DNA from: a virus
Lineage: Duplodnaviria > Heunggongvirae > Uroviricota > Caudoviricetes
DNA: 32,197 nucleotides
IMG/VR virus record: IMGVR_UViG_2660237933_000002
Coordinates: 1-32,197 of that record
Direction: 5' to 3' (one strand)
Of this stretch, positions 1 through 6,802 are shown piece by piece. Below the pieces are notes generated by a model, which worked only from the letters and a program-made list of their open reading frames with translations, was not told where the DNA came from and made no database searches. The position numbers were made by a program, and so were the translations under genes. Position 1 is the stretch's first letter. Each line of letters starts with the position of its first letter.

Positions 1-201
1 TTACCCATTGGCGCGGCTTAAGAGCTTATTTTTGAATTCACAGTGGTCACGATATAACCATCTTGCTCGCCCGTGGATAACTTTGGCTTTTGGCAGGTCG
101 CCGGACTTAATCCGGTCGTAGATGAAGGTTTTACCGAAGCCAGTATCGGCCATGATGAATTTCAAATCAACCAGTGAATCAGGTTGTAGTTCGTGTTGCA
201 T
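1..201 (-). CDS. AlpA-family excisionase / phage DNA-binding regulator (Xis-like), 66 aa
   Basis: Complete minus-strand ORF with TAA at 1-3; the sequence ...LKFIMADTGFGKTFIYDRIKSGDLPKAKVIHGRARW... has the AlpA/excisionase HTH pattern; it sits at the int-proximal end of the early-left operon. The integrase would lie left of the window. Confidence 0.6.
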   Translation of the reverse strand: MQHELQPDSLVDLKFIMADTGFGKTFIYDRIKSGDLPKAKVIHGRARWLYRDHCEFKNKLLSRANG

Positions 202-245
202 GAGTGCTATCTCCGAATAGGGAATCGAACCTGCAAATCAGGCAA

Positions 246-268
246 TAAAAAACCGCCATCAGGCGGCT
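246..268 (-). terminator. Rho-independent terminator (minus strand) between a small ORF and the excisionase gene
   Basis: On the minus strand CCGCC-TGAT-GGCGG is followed by TTTTTTAT; the stop codon of the upstream ORF lies in the loop. Confidence 0.55.
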
Positions 269-426
269 TGGTGTTCTTTCAGTTCTTCAATACAAATATT
301 GGTTACGTCTGCATGTGCTATCTGCACCCATAGCATCCAGTGGTCATAGCAGTCGTTGATGTTCTCTGCTTCGATAACTCTGTTGAATGGTTCTCCATTC
401 CATTCACCTGTGACTCGGAAGTGCAT
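259..426 (-). CDS. Hypothetical small protein, 55 aa (MHFRVTGEWNGEPFNRVIEAENINDCYDHWMLWVQIAHADVTNICIEELKEHQAA)
   Basis: Minus-strand ORF below the 60-aa cutoff of the supplied track; ATG at 426-424 preceded by GGAG at 8 nt; ends in the terminator hairpin. Confidence 0.4.
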   Translation of the reverse strand: MHFRVTGEWNGEPFNRVIEAENINDCYDHWMLWVQIAHADVTNICIEELKEHQAA

Positions 427-463
427 TTATCATCTCCATAAAACAAAACTCGCCGTAGCGAGT

Positions 464-664
464 TCAGATAAAAGAAATCCCCGTCAGTGCGAGGATTGTT
501 AGTTGCGCTCTGCTGCTTCCTTGGTCATTACCATATCCAACAACTTCACGATGAATTAGCGCATCACCAGCATCAAATCTCTCCTCTCCATATTCGAGCG
601 ACCACACGCCACACGTTGCTTTCTCTGCCTTTTCACGCAGTGCCTGATAGTTAATTTTGGTCAT
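464..664 (-). CDS. Hypothetical early-left protein, 66 aa
   Basis: ORF in track; its ATG lies 2 nt after the stop of the upstream gene (translational coupling). Confidence 0.4.
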   Translation of the reverse strand: MTKINYQALREKAEKATCGVWSLEYGEERFDAGDALIHREVVGYGNDQGSSRAQLTILALTGISFI

Positions 665-665
665 A

Positions 666-965
666 TCACATCACCCTGAAGCCGTTGCATTTACGTAAGA
701 AATCGCAGATATAGCCCTTCATTTTTTCATGCCAATCTCGATCATTCCCATTGCACCAACCATCAGGTGGAGTCCAGTTTTCTATCAGAGCAGCCATTTT
801 CTTTGCTTTCGCCGGAGTAGCTGTTGCGGTATCGCAGTAATGACGAGTGTCAACCAACGCATCCATACCATCGATATCAAGTACGCAAAACCATGTGTGA
901 TTCGGAATTCCTACAGGTGGTATTTGTTGCCCACGTCGACGTTTATCAATAAGATATACACTCAC
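666..965 (-). CDS. Hypothetical early-left protein, about 99 aa (Cys/His/Trp-rich C-terminus)
   Basis: Track ORF 666-986; I place the start at the in-frame GTG at 965-963, which has a perfect AGGAGG 6 nt upstream and overlaps the upstream stop as GTGA. Confidence 0.4.
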   Translation of the reverse strand: MSVYLIDKRRRGQQIPPVGIPNHTWFCVLDIDGMDALVDTRHYCDTATATPAKAKKMAALIENWTPPDGWCNGNDRDWHEKMKGYICDFLRKCNGFRVM

Positions 966-1147
966 TGGTTGCCTCCTTTGCGCCACATCGCATTCAGATA
1001 TTTGTTGTCATTAACAGAACCGAAACTCTTTCTTTTAAGCAATTCCTCTCTCGATGGCATTGGCTTTACGCGTTGGCGAATAATCATTTCTGCCGGAAGA
1101 ATGCCGGGATTGTATGCAAGTCCTCTCATGGAAAATTCCTCAGTCAT
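962..1147 (-). CDS. Hypothetical early-left protein, 61 aa
   Basis: Track ORF 962-1279 trimmed to the ATG at 1147-1145, which overlaps the stop of the upstream ORF (ATGACTGA, 8-nt overlap). Confidence 0.3.
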   Translation of the reverse strand: MTEEFSMRGLAYNPGILPAEMIIRQRVKPMPSREELLKRKSFGSVNDNKYLNAMWRKGGNQ

Positions 1148-1433
1148 TACTGATAGCGCCATAGCGTGAGCGGTAATTACGCAGGCGCGGGTCAATTTCA
1201 GGGAAGTGGGTATATGTGGCTTTGCGGAATGGTCGGATTGATGTCTGGTAAATTCGCTCGCGTTCTTCTTTCTCTGCAAGCCATATACAATGGCGAAATT
1301 CCTTTTCCTCTTTCGTTTCCTGCGGTAGCGACATTATCCTGTCGTAGTTTTTCCTGAATTTATCCAGCACCTCCGATACGGAATTGCCGGAACAGCGGCG
1401 CGCGTCGTCCGCACCATACAGAGGCGCTGGCAT
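1140..1433 (-). CDS. Hypothetical early-left protein, 97 aa
   Basis: Track ORF; first gene of a chain of overlapping small ORFs; weak RBS. Confidence 0.4.
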   Translation of the reverse strand: MPAPLYGADDARRCSGNSVSEVLDKFRKNYDRIMSLPQETKEEKEFRHCIWLAEKEERERIYQTSIRPFRKATYTHFPEIDPRLRNYRSRYGAISND

Positions 1434-1456
1434 AATGGGAGCCTTATTTTCAGTAA

Positions 1457-2044
1457 TCAGAAAGGAGGGTAATCGTTCTGGCTGTAACCATAATCATCTG
1501 CATGATTCTGGCTTACGTTTTTAGAGCGATTGTCTTTATCTTTGAGGCTGGCAACCATGTTGGCGATAGTTTCTGGTTGCTTGCCTTCCGCCTTTTCTTT
1601 AAGGGTTTGACCTGTTTTTGCAATAAACGGGATGCGTATTTCCATCTGGTAGCTGTCTGCGCCAGTCTTTTTGTTTGTGGTTAATACTTTCTGGAGCACT
1701 AACCCGATTTTCTTTCCATGAAATTCAGGAGCAACAAATTTACTGGCGGAAACCATATGTTGCGTTAATTGTCCAATCCCGGCACACCCCATCATGGCGT
1801 GGACGACATTTGCGCCAAATTTATTTTCCGTTCCGTCATTTTTCTGAACACAGACGCTAAGATATTGGATTTTACGTCCGTCGTCGGATTCGCCAGAAAA
1901 CTCAATAAATTTGGCTCCTTTTTCTGATTGCTTTAGTTCTGCTTCAGTAATGGTAATGATATGAGCGCCAGTTTCGTTAATAAAACCACCTTGCCCTGCG
2001 GTCAGTGCTGCTTCTTCGTTATAAGTAAAAATCACGTTGCTCAT
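1457..2044 (-). CDS. SSB-like / recombination-associated protein, 195 aa (partner of the Sak4-like ATPase)
   Basis: Start overlaps the ATPase stop as ATGA; the C-terminus ...DDYGYSQNDYPPF resembles the acidic protein-interaction tail of bacterial SSB (DDDIPF). The family assignment is inference. Confidence 0.4.
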   Translation of the reverse strand: MSNVIFTYNEEAALTAGQGGFINETGAHIITITEAELKQSEKGAKFIEFSGESDDGRKIQYLSVCVQKNDGTENKFGANVVHAMMGCAGIGQLTQHMVSASKFVAPEFHGKKIGLVLQKVLTTNKKTGADSYQMEIRIPFIAKTGQTLKEKAEGKQPETIANMVASLKDKDNRSKNVSQNHADDYGYSQNDYPPF

Positions 2045-2721
2045 GCGGCGTTTTCCTTAATTTGATGAACATTATTGATGCCGTAGTAATCACAAACAGT
2101 GGCATCGACGAAAGAGAGATCGTTATCAATCTCATTGGAGTCAAACATTCCCATTGGGGATTTAACAGTGTCTGCACCGTTGTTTTTTGTGGTGAAAAAG
2201 AACTGGTCATCACGGGTAAGGGTGCGAAGAACTATAGTAAACATGCCTTCGACAGTGATTTTCTCGTCCAGCATTTTGCCGATAGTTTTCATTTTCACGC
2301 GCCCTATAGGGGTTTCTTCGGTGTGTGCAAGAAAATAGACTCTCAGGTCATCAGGTGCATCCTGTGCAGCCTTAATCACCTCCCATGCGTGGCGGCCTAT
2401 CTCAGTAAATTTATCAAACGATTTTTCTTCTGAGCGGCGCATAAACTCATTGCTCATCACATACTGGAAGTCATCAACAATAACGATTCTTTTCCCGTAT
2501 TCGTGAGCACGCTTAATTACGGCAACTATTACGTCCCATTTGTCAGTGGTAACTACGGTTCCTTTTTTTGCTCTGGCATCCCATGCAAGCCAGTCTTTTG
2601 ATTTAAATGGTAGCGGCTTGCCTATTGGTTTTATAAGTATTGCTTCCTCTGGATTGATATTTCTCATGCTGGTTGATTTTCCGGTGCCAGACTCACCGAG
2701 TATTAATGTCGCAGTTCCCAT
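2041..2721 (-). CDS. Sak4-like RecA-fold ATPase (AAA_24-type), 226 aa
   Basis: N-terminal Walker A LILGESGTGKST and Walker B RIVIVDDF; size and architecture match phage Sak4 single-strand annealing ATPases; GAGGTG RBS upstream; occupies the position of lambda Red genes. Confidence 0.65.
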   Translation of the reverse strand: MGTATLILGESGTGKSTSMRNINPEEAILIKPIGKPLPFKSKDWLAWDARAKKGTVVTTDKWDVIVAVIKRAHEYGKRIVIVDDFQYVMSNEFMRRSEEKSFDKFTEIGRHAWEVIKAAQDAPDDLRVYFLAHTEETPIGRVKMKTIGKMLDEKITVEGMFTIVLRTLTRDDQFFFTTKNNGADTVKSPMGMFDSNEIDNDLSFVDATVCDYYGINNVHQIKENAA

Positions 2722-2729
2722 AATTCACC

Positions 2730-2918
2730 TCAGAATGGTAATTCGGATGGGGCGGAAAGAAATTCGCGCTCATTCATGCGCTCTCTTTGTGCCTGCCATA
2801 AGCAAAGTTGTTTCTTTGATTTATCTCCCGCTTTACGCCAGTAACGAGCCTCAGCAATGTGATACTCTCTTTTTAATCGGCTTAACTCTGGGGTTTTCGC
2901 CAGTTCTACCGGAATCAT
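2730..2918 (-). CDS. Hypothetical small protein, 62 aa
   Basis: Track ORF 2730-2930 trimmed to the ATG at 2918-2916, which has GGAGG 5 nt upstream and overlaps the kil stop as ATGA. Confidence 0.45.
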   Translation of the reverse strand: MIPVELAKTPELSRLKREYHIAEARYWRKAGDKSKKQLCLWQAQRERMNEREFLSAPSELPF

Positions 2919-3028
2919 TTTGACCTCCATTTTCTGTAGGCTTCGATGGCCTCACGAAACATCTTTTCATCGCCAATAAAAGTGGCGATAGTGAATTTAG
3001 TCTGGATAGCCATAAGTGTTTTATCCAT
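2915..3028 (-). CDS. kil: Kil-like host-killing/FtsZ-inhibitor protein, 37 aa
   Basis: MDKTLMAIQTKFTIATFIGDEKMFREAIEAYRKW closely matches lambda Kil as I remember it; AGGAG RBS; overlaps the cIII stop by 8 nt. Confidence 0.55.
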   Translation of the reverse strand: MDKTLMAIQTKFTIATFIGDEKMFREAIEAYRKWRSK

Positions 3029-3161
3029 TTTTGGGAACTCCTGGCTGATTAAGTACGTCGATGAGTCGTTTCCATCCGTCACGTAATTTACGGGTGATTC
3101 GTTCAAGTAAAGATTCGGAAGGGCAGCCAGCAACAGGCCACCCTGCAATGGCATATTGCAT
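3021..3161 (-). CDS. cIII: CIII-like protein (FtsH inhibitor stabilising CII), 46 aa
   Basis: MQYAIAGWPVAGCPSESLLERITRKLRDGWKRLIDVLNQPGVPKNG is near-identical to lambda CIII (from memory); AAGGAG RBS 6 nt upstream of the ATG at 3161. Confidence 0.75.
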   Translation of the reverse strand: MQYAIAGWPVAGCPSESLLERITRKLRDGWKRLIDVLNQPGVPKNG

Positions 3162-3185
3162 GGTGTGCTCCTTATTTATACATAA

Positions 3186-3248
3186 CGAAAAACGCCTCGA
3201 GTGAAGCGTTATTGGTATGCATATAAAAAGGCCCTCACACTGGAGGGC
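3186..3248 (-). terminator. Two tandem minus-strand hairpin terminators (tL-like) between ral and cIII
   Basis: Minus strand: GCCCTC-CAGTGT-GAGGGC followed by CTTTTTATAT (plus 3221-3248), and AACGC-N10-GCGTT followed by TTTCG (plus 3186-3210). Confidence 0.5.
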
Positions 3249-3310
3249 AAAGAAGATTTCCAATAATCAGAACAAGTCGGCTCCTGTTTAGTTACGAGCG
3301 ACATTGCTCC

Positions 3311-3338
3311 GTGTATTCACTCGTTGGAATGAATACAC
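3311..3338. repeat. Perfect 9-bp inverted repeat GTGTATTCA-N10-TGAATACAC
   Basis: Read directly; lies in non-coding DNA downstream of ral on the minus strand. Confidence 0.5.
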
Positions 3339-3384
3339 AGTGCAGTGTTTATTCTGTTGTTTATGCCAAAAATAAAGGCCACCA

Positions 3385-3585
3385 TTAGGCAGCCTTGTTG
3401 TTCAGTTCACCAAGTTCTCTGGCAATCATTGCCGTCGTTCGTATTGCCCATTTATCGACATATTTCCCATCTTCCATTACAGGAAACATTTCTTCAGGCT
3501 TAACCATGCATTCCGATTGCAGCTTGCATCCATTGCATCGTTTGAATTGTCCACACCATTGATTTTTATCAATAGTCGTAGTCAT
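3385..3585 (-). CDS. ral: Ral-like restriction-alleviation protein, 66 aa
   Basis: MTTTIDKNQWCGQFKRCNGCKLQSECMVKPEEMFPVMEDGKYVDKWAIRTTAMIARELG... matches lambda Ral from memory. Confidence 0.7.
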   Translation of the reverse strand: MTTTIDKNQWCGQFKRCNGCKLQSECMVKPEEMFPVMEDGKYVDKWAIRTTAMIARELGELNNKAA

Positions 3586-3655
3586 AAGGATAGTCCTGGT
3601 ATTGTTCCATCACATCCTGAGGATGCTCTTCGAACTCTTCAAATTCTTCTTCCAT
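3569..3655 (-). CDS. Small acidic peptide, 28 aa (MEEEFEEFEEHPQDVMEQYQDYPYDYDY), lambda orf28-like position
   Basis: Minus-strand mini-ORF between N and ral, overlapping the ral start by 17 nt; not in the supplied track (below 60 aa). Confidence 0.3.
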   Translation of the reverse strand: MEEEFEEFEEHPQDVMEQYQDYPYDYDY

Positions 3656-3663
3656 ATCTCACC

Positions 3664-3963
3664 TCAAATAAGTGGTTTGCTGCCTAATTTCATTTTCTGG
3701 CGACCAACACAAGTCACACCCATTTCACTGCGTGGCTTGCGGTAGTAAATACGGTTCTGTTTACGCTCGACTTCTTCTGCCTTCTTGCAGCAAAGGCTTC
3801 CTAGTGATGCTGCTTTGTCTGCTCTGACGCAACCAGAGAGCTTTAGCGCAATTTTTCGCGCCAGTCGCTGCTCTTGCATTGCCTGTTCACGTTGAGCCTG
3901 TCTGCGTGCTCTGCGGCGATTTCTGGCGTTATCGTCAGCCAGATATGTAATGACTACTGTCAT
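3664..3963 (-). CDS. N: N-like transcription antitermination protein, 99 aa
   Basis: Arginine-rich motif NARNRRRARRQAQRE near the N-terminus; C-terminus YYRKPRSEMGVTCVGRQKMKLGSKPLI parallels lambda N (...YSKPGERGITCSGRQKIKGKSIPLI); GGAGG RBS 5 nt before the ATG at 3963. Confidence 0.8.
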   Translation of the reverse strand: MTVVITYLADDNARNRRRARRQAQREQAMQEQRLARKIALKLSGCVRADKAASLGSLCCKKAEEVERKQNRIYYRKPRSEMGVTCVGRQKMKLGSKPLI

Positions 3964-4068
3964 GTTGACCTCCGATGATTGACTTTGGCGGTGACGCGCC
4001 GGGTGCTTATCTTCCGGTTGCCGTCGTGCAGCTGCACTTCACATCACCCCAAAGCCAACTACTCTTTG

Positions 4069-4111
4069 GTTCCCGCATTTCGGCGGGACAATCCCATCAA
4101 TGTTAAAGAGC
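4069..4111 (-). promoter_or_regulatory. nutL: nutL: boxA-like GCTCTTTAACA plus boxB hairpin (TCCCGC-CGAAAT-GCGGGA)
   Basis: Minus-strand reading of 4069-4111; the same boxA/boxB pair recurs on the plus strand downstream of cro (nutR). Confidence 0.6.
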
Positions 4112-4149
4112 CTGCCAATCTGTTCCGTTTGGCTACCAGCGTCCTGCTG

Positions 4150-4245
4150 ATGGCTTAAAGATAACTTAGGTTATAGGCACGGTCAATAACCTAATTTATA
4201 TTTTGTGGTAAATAAGTTATAAGTGATGGATAACAAAGGTATTTT
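4150..4245 (-). promoter_or_regulatory. OL operators and pL promoter
   Basis: 14-bp palindromes of the ATAACnnnnGTTAT class at 4161-4174, 4186-4199 and 4230-4243; minus-strand TTGACC, then 17 nt, then TATCTT overlapping the first operator, mirroring the pR arrangement. Confidence 0.55.
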
Positions 4246-4360
4246 ATTTTTGTAAATGTTGCTGATTGATTGGTGTTTGAGGGCTTGCGTGCGGGTGAAG
4301 TTGTTACCTTTGGCTTGATGCTTGTCTATGATGAGGATGGGTGATTGGGTGGCGATCGTG

Positions 4361-4390
4361 AGGCAAAGAAAACCCGGCGCTGAGGCCGGG
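4361..4390 (-). terminator. Rho-independent terminator ending the two-gene cassette
   Basis: Minus strand CCCGGC-CTCAGC-GCCGGG followed by TTTTCTTTG, starting 8 nt after the stop of the 310-aa gene. Confidence 0.6.
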
Positions 4391-4397
4391 TGAGATA

Positions 4398-5330
4398 TTA
4401 AAGAACCGATTTAACAAGATGGTTTTTACGGTACAGACCTATGCGATCATTGTGAATCTCAGTAGTCTCCACTAAAAGAGAAACAATCTGTCCGACCTTG
4501 TGTTTTTTTTGTATTAAATCTAGCATTTCAATCGGATAGGAAGCCTTTAAATGTTCACCACCAACATCAAGCTCCAGCTTCCCATATTTGGATAGAACGA
4601 CCAGTTCGCCTGTAACCGTTTCAGTAATGGGAGGGGATGAAATGGTTGATGTAAGTCTACTCACCAAGTACTTAATTTTATTGGAGTCAATAGTTGCCAC
4701 CTTGGTGCCATTACTAAATGGACCGGTCCAACTTGCATCAAATGTTAAGTTGTGTTTATCGCATTCCTCTACGATTCTCTTAAGGCTTACAGTGGAATTG
4801 TATCCAATTTCAGCGACGTGATTCATGAAGTTGTTGTCGTCATCGCTTAACAACAAATCGAATATGCCTTTTACAGCCTTGCTGGGTACTGTTTCTACTA
4901 ATTCTGCTATTCCTGTAGAGAAGGTGACGCCCAATTTTGTAGACCCAGGGGATAAATCAGCCAGCCTGAGGTTTAAGGAGCTTTTCACGTCGTAGGGAAC
5001 TTTTTTTGAGTCCTTGCCTGAGGCAATTTTGTGTGTTGCTCTTTGTATTAGCGCTGCAAGATTTGTTGAAATAGCCCCAAGCAGCTCTAAAGGAATAGAG
5101 CCAAAGTCAACCTCAGAGCCTTTCAGCCGCAGCTCAAAAAAATCGATAAGTGGGTGCCGACTATCTTGCTTTAATTTTTCGGCCTTCAAATCGCTCAGAT
5201 GAGAATCCATGGAGCGATAAAGAAGCATGTCAGCAAAGGACCTGGTTTTGTTTTGCTTCATTGCATCGACTTCTTTTTGAATGAAATCAATGCGTTTATC
5301 GCAATTTTTAAACATTGATTTATCATTCAT
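4398..5330 (-). CDS. Hypothetical protein, 310 aa, second gene of the cI-adjacent cassette (no recognisable motif)
   Basis: Long AT-rich ORF; its ATG overlaps the stop of the upstream nucleotidyltransferase-fold gene (ATGA at 5327-5330). Confidence 0.7.
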   Translation of the reverse strand: MNDKSMFKNCDKRIDFIQKEVDAMKQNKTRSFADMLLYRSMDSHLSDLKAEKLKQDSRHPLIDFFELRLKGSEVDFGSIPLELLGAISTNLAALIQRATHKIASGKDSKKVPYDVKSSLNLRLADLSPGSTKLGVTFSTGIAELVETVPSKAVKGIFDLLLSDDDNNFMNHVAEIGYNSTVSLKRIVEECDKHNLTFDASWTGPFSNGTKVATIDSNKIKYLVSRLTSTISSPPITETVTGELVVLSKYGKLELDVGGEHLKASYPIEMLDLIQKKHKVGQIVSLLVETTEIHNDRIGLYRKNHLVKSVL

Positions 5331-5806
5331 AAAAAAATCCTCACTAACCCTTTCGGGTTTTCACTGCGATCAAAACCAAACCAACCGCGCCAGTAGCTAC
5401 GCCAGTACTCATAATCATAGTTAGGGTCATCTAAATTCTTCATGAGTAGTAGGACATCAATTTTGTAGTTTTGTTTGATGTAGTTTCGGTCAAGCAAATT
5501 ATCGACGCGGCCCCGAAGCATGACAGGTATTGAGTTTATATTGTTATAGTCACATACCAACAAAATATCAATATCATCAGGCTCTGGTTTAGACGTGGTG
5601 TATGAACCATCAACCCATATTTCTGTAAAACAGCCATATTGAGCAGATAATTCTCGAATAGATTCGAGTAGCTGTATAAAATTACAGTATAGCATGCCTC
5701 GCCTGGATGATGAAGGAAAGCAATCGACACAATACGATTTTAATCCAGCTTCATCCATGTCATGGAACCCTGGCTCAAACAGGGGTGGGTAATTAATTTT
5801 ATCCAT
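5327..5806 (-). CDS. Minimal nucleotidyltransferase-fold protein (Pol-beta superfamily), 159 aa
   Basis: GS-x10-DIDILLV motif (WVDGSYTTSKPEPDDIDILLV) plus a downstream KIDVLLL strand; Cys-rich N-terminal segment (CVDC...C); AT-rich. Confidence 0.65.
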   Translation of the reverse strand: MDKINYPPLFEPGFHDMDEAGLKSYCVDCFPSSSRRGMLYCNFIQLLESIRELSAQYGCFTEIWVDGSYTTSKPEPDDIDILLVCDYNNINSIPVMLRGRVDNLLDRNYIKQNYKIDVLLLMKNLDDPNYDYEYWRSYWRGWFGFDRSENPKGLVRIFL

Positions 5807-5920
5807 AAAAAACCTTGCTATACATTTGTTTTTTTTATTAAAAATCTAACCACCGAAATGGTGACGGCAAGATGTTACATGGGGTTACAATCAGCCAATA
5901 CACCGCATTAAATAATTTTT

Positions 5921-5962
5921 TCACCAGCTATGCGCCGACCAGAACACCTTGCCGATCAGCCA
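5921..5962 (-). pseudogene. Fossil 3' end of a second cI-like repressor gene (encodes ...WLIGKVFWSAHSW-stop)
   Basis: About 40 nt, roughly 31/40 identical to the 3' end of the intact cI (...IIGRVFWSSHSW-stop at 5984-6024), same strand and frame logic; an upstream in-frame stop shows it is a fragment. Confidence 0.55.
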
Positions 5963-5983
5963 AACGTCTCTTCAGGCCACTGG

Positions 5984-6691
5984 TTACCAACTATGAGACG
6001 ACCAGAATACTCTGCCAATAATCCTTACGGTTTCATGAAATTCATCTCTATCCATTACTTCATCCGGGTACTCTTCGCGATTTATTGATCTGATTATCAC
6101 CGACGTGGGGGTGGCGATTAATGTTTTTACTCGTAACAAATCAGACTGGCAAATAGCGTAGGTTTTACCATCTCTGATTGTGGTATCTTGCGTGTTAACA
6201 CCAACAACATCGCCATCGTGAAGCGTTGGTTCCATGCTTTGCCCTACAACCCTAACTAGCTTGGCTGATCTTTCAGATACCCCCATCTTTTTTAGATAGT
6301 GCTTTCTGAAAACCAAAGAGAACTCCGATGATTCCTCTAGCTCGCAGCTACCGCTTCCAGCTGAAAGCGAAACGTTAAGAAGAGGCAACGCAACAAACTC
6401 GTCATCGTTTCTTTTAATGTCTTCCCATACCACAGCTTTTAAAGATGACTCACGGATATTGGATGGTTCTTCATGTGCACCATCCCTCATTTCACCAATA
6501 CCAGAACTAAGCCATTCAGGGCGCACTTTTAAAGCATTGGCTAATTCAACCATCTTGCGAGATCCGTTTGTTTTACCGGACGACATCTTCTGTATGGCTG
6601 GCTGAGATATTCCAACCATGTCAGCAAGCTGTGATTGTGATACCCCAGCTGAGCTCATGGCTGCATTTAGTCTTTCTGCGAATGTTTTCAT
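5984..6691 (-). CDS. cI: CI-type prophage repressor (HTH_XRE plus S24 LexA-like peptidase domain), about 235 aa
   Basis: N-terminal HTH (SQSQLADMVGISQPAIQKM), Ala-Gly linker site, C-terminal GQSMEPT serine motif; I place the start at the ATG at 6691 (the track used an upstream TTG at 6721). Confidence 0.85.
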   Translation of the reverse strand: MKTFAERLNAAMSSAGVSQSQLADMVGISQPAIQKMSSGKTNGSRKMVELANALKVRPEWLSSGIGEMRDGAHEEPSNIRESSLKAVVWEDIKRNDDEFVALPLLNVSLSAGSGSCELEESSEFSLVFRKHYLKKMGVSERSAKLVRVVGQSMEPTLHDGDVVGVNTQDTTIRDGKTYAICQSDLLRVKTLIATPTSVIIRSINREEYPDEVMDRDEFHETVRIIGRVFWSSHSW

Positions 6692-6703
6692 ACCCACAAA
6701 TCT

Positions 6704-6779
6704 ATAACTACGGTTATCCAAAGTAAAATAACAAAGGTTATTGCTATTTTTTATAACTTGAGTTATCTTTGGTTATAAT
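6704..6779. promoter_or_regulatory. OR operators with divergent pRM and pR promoters
   Basis: Three 14-bp palindromes ATAACTACGGTTAT (6704-6717), ATAACAAAGGTTAT (6728-6741), ATAACTTGAGTTAT (6753-6766); pR candidate TTGCTA (6741-6746), 17 nt, TATCTT (6764-6769); TATAAT also at 6774-6779. Confidence 0.6.
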
Positions 6780-6802
6780 TAATGACCACAAGAGGTATGC
6801 TC

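Noticed and set aside
729-1169. 146-aa plus-strand ORF in the early-left region
   Set aside because: Opposite to the direction of the pL operon and overlapping three coupled minus-strand ORFs with good RBSs.
4398-5806. rexA/rexB at the lambda position
   Set aside because: Gene sizes (310 and 159 aa) and the lack of a multi-TM small protein do not fit RexA (279 aa) / RexB (144 aa, 4 TM); the 159-aa protein has a nucleotidyltransferase signature instead.
6782-6802. cro start at the first ATG (6782) as in the supplied track
   Set aside because: That ATG lies 2 nt after the TATAAT at 6774-6779 and probably upstream of the transcription start; the ATG at 6803 has an AAGAGG RBS.
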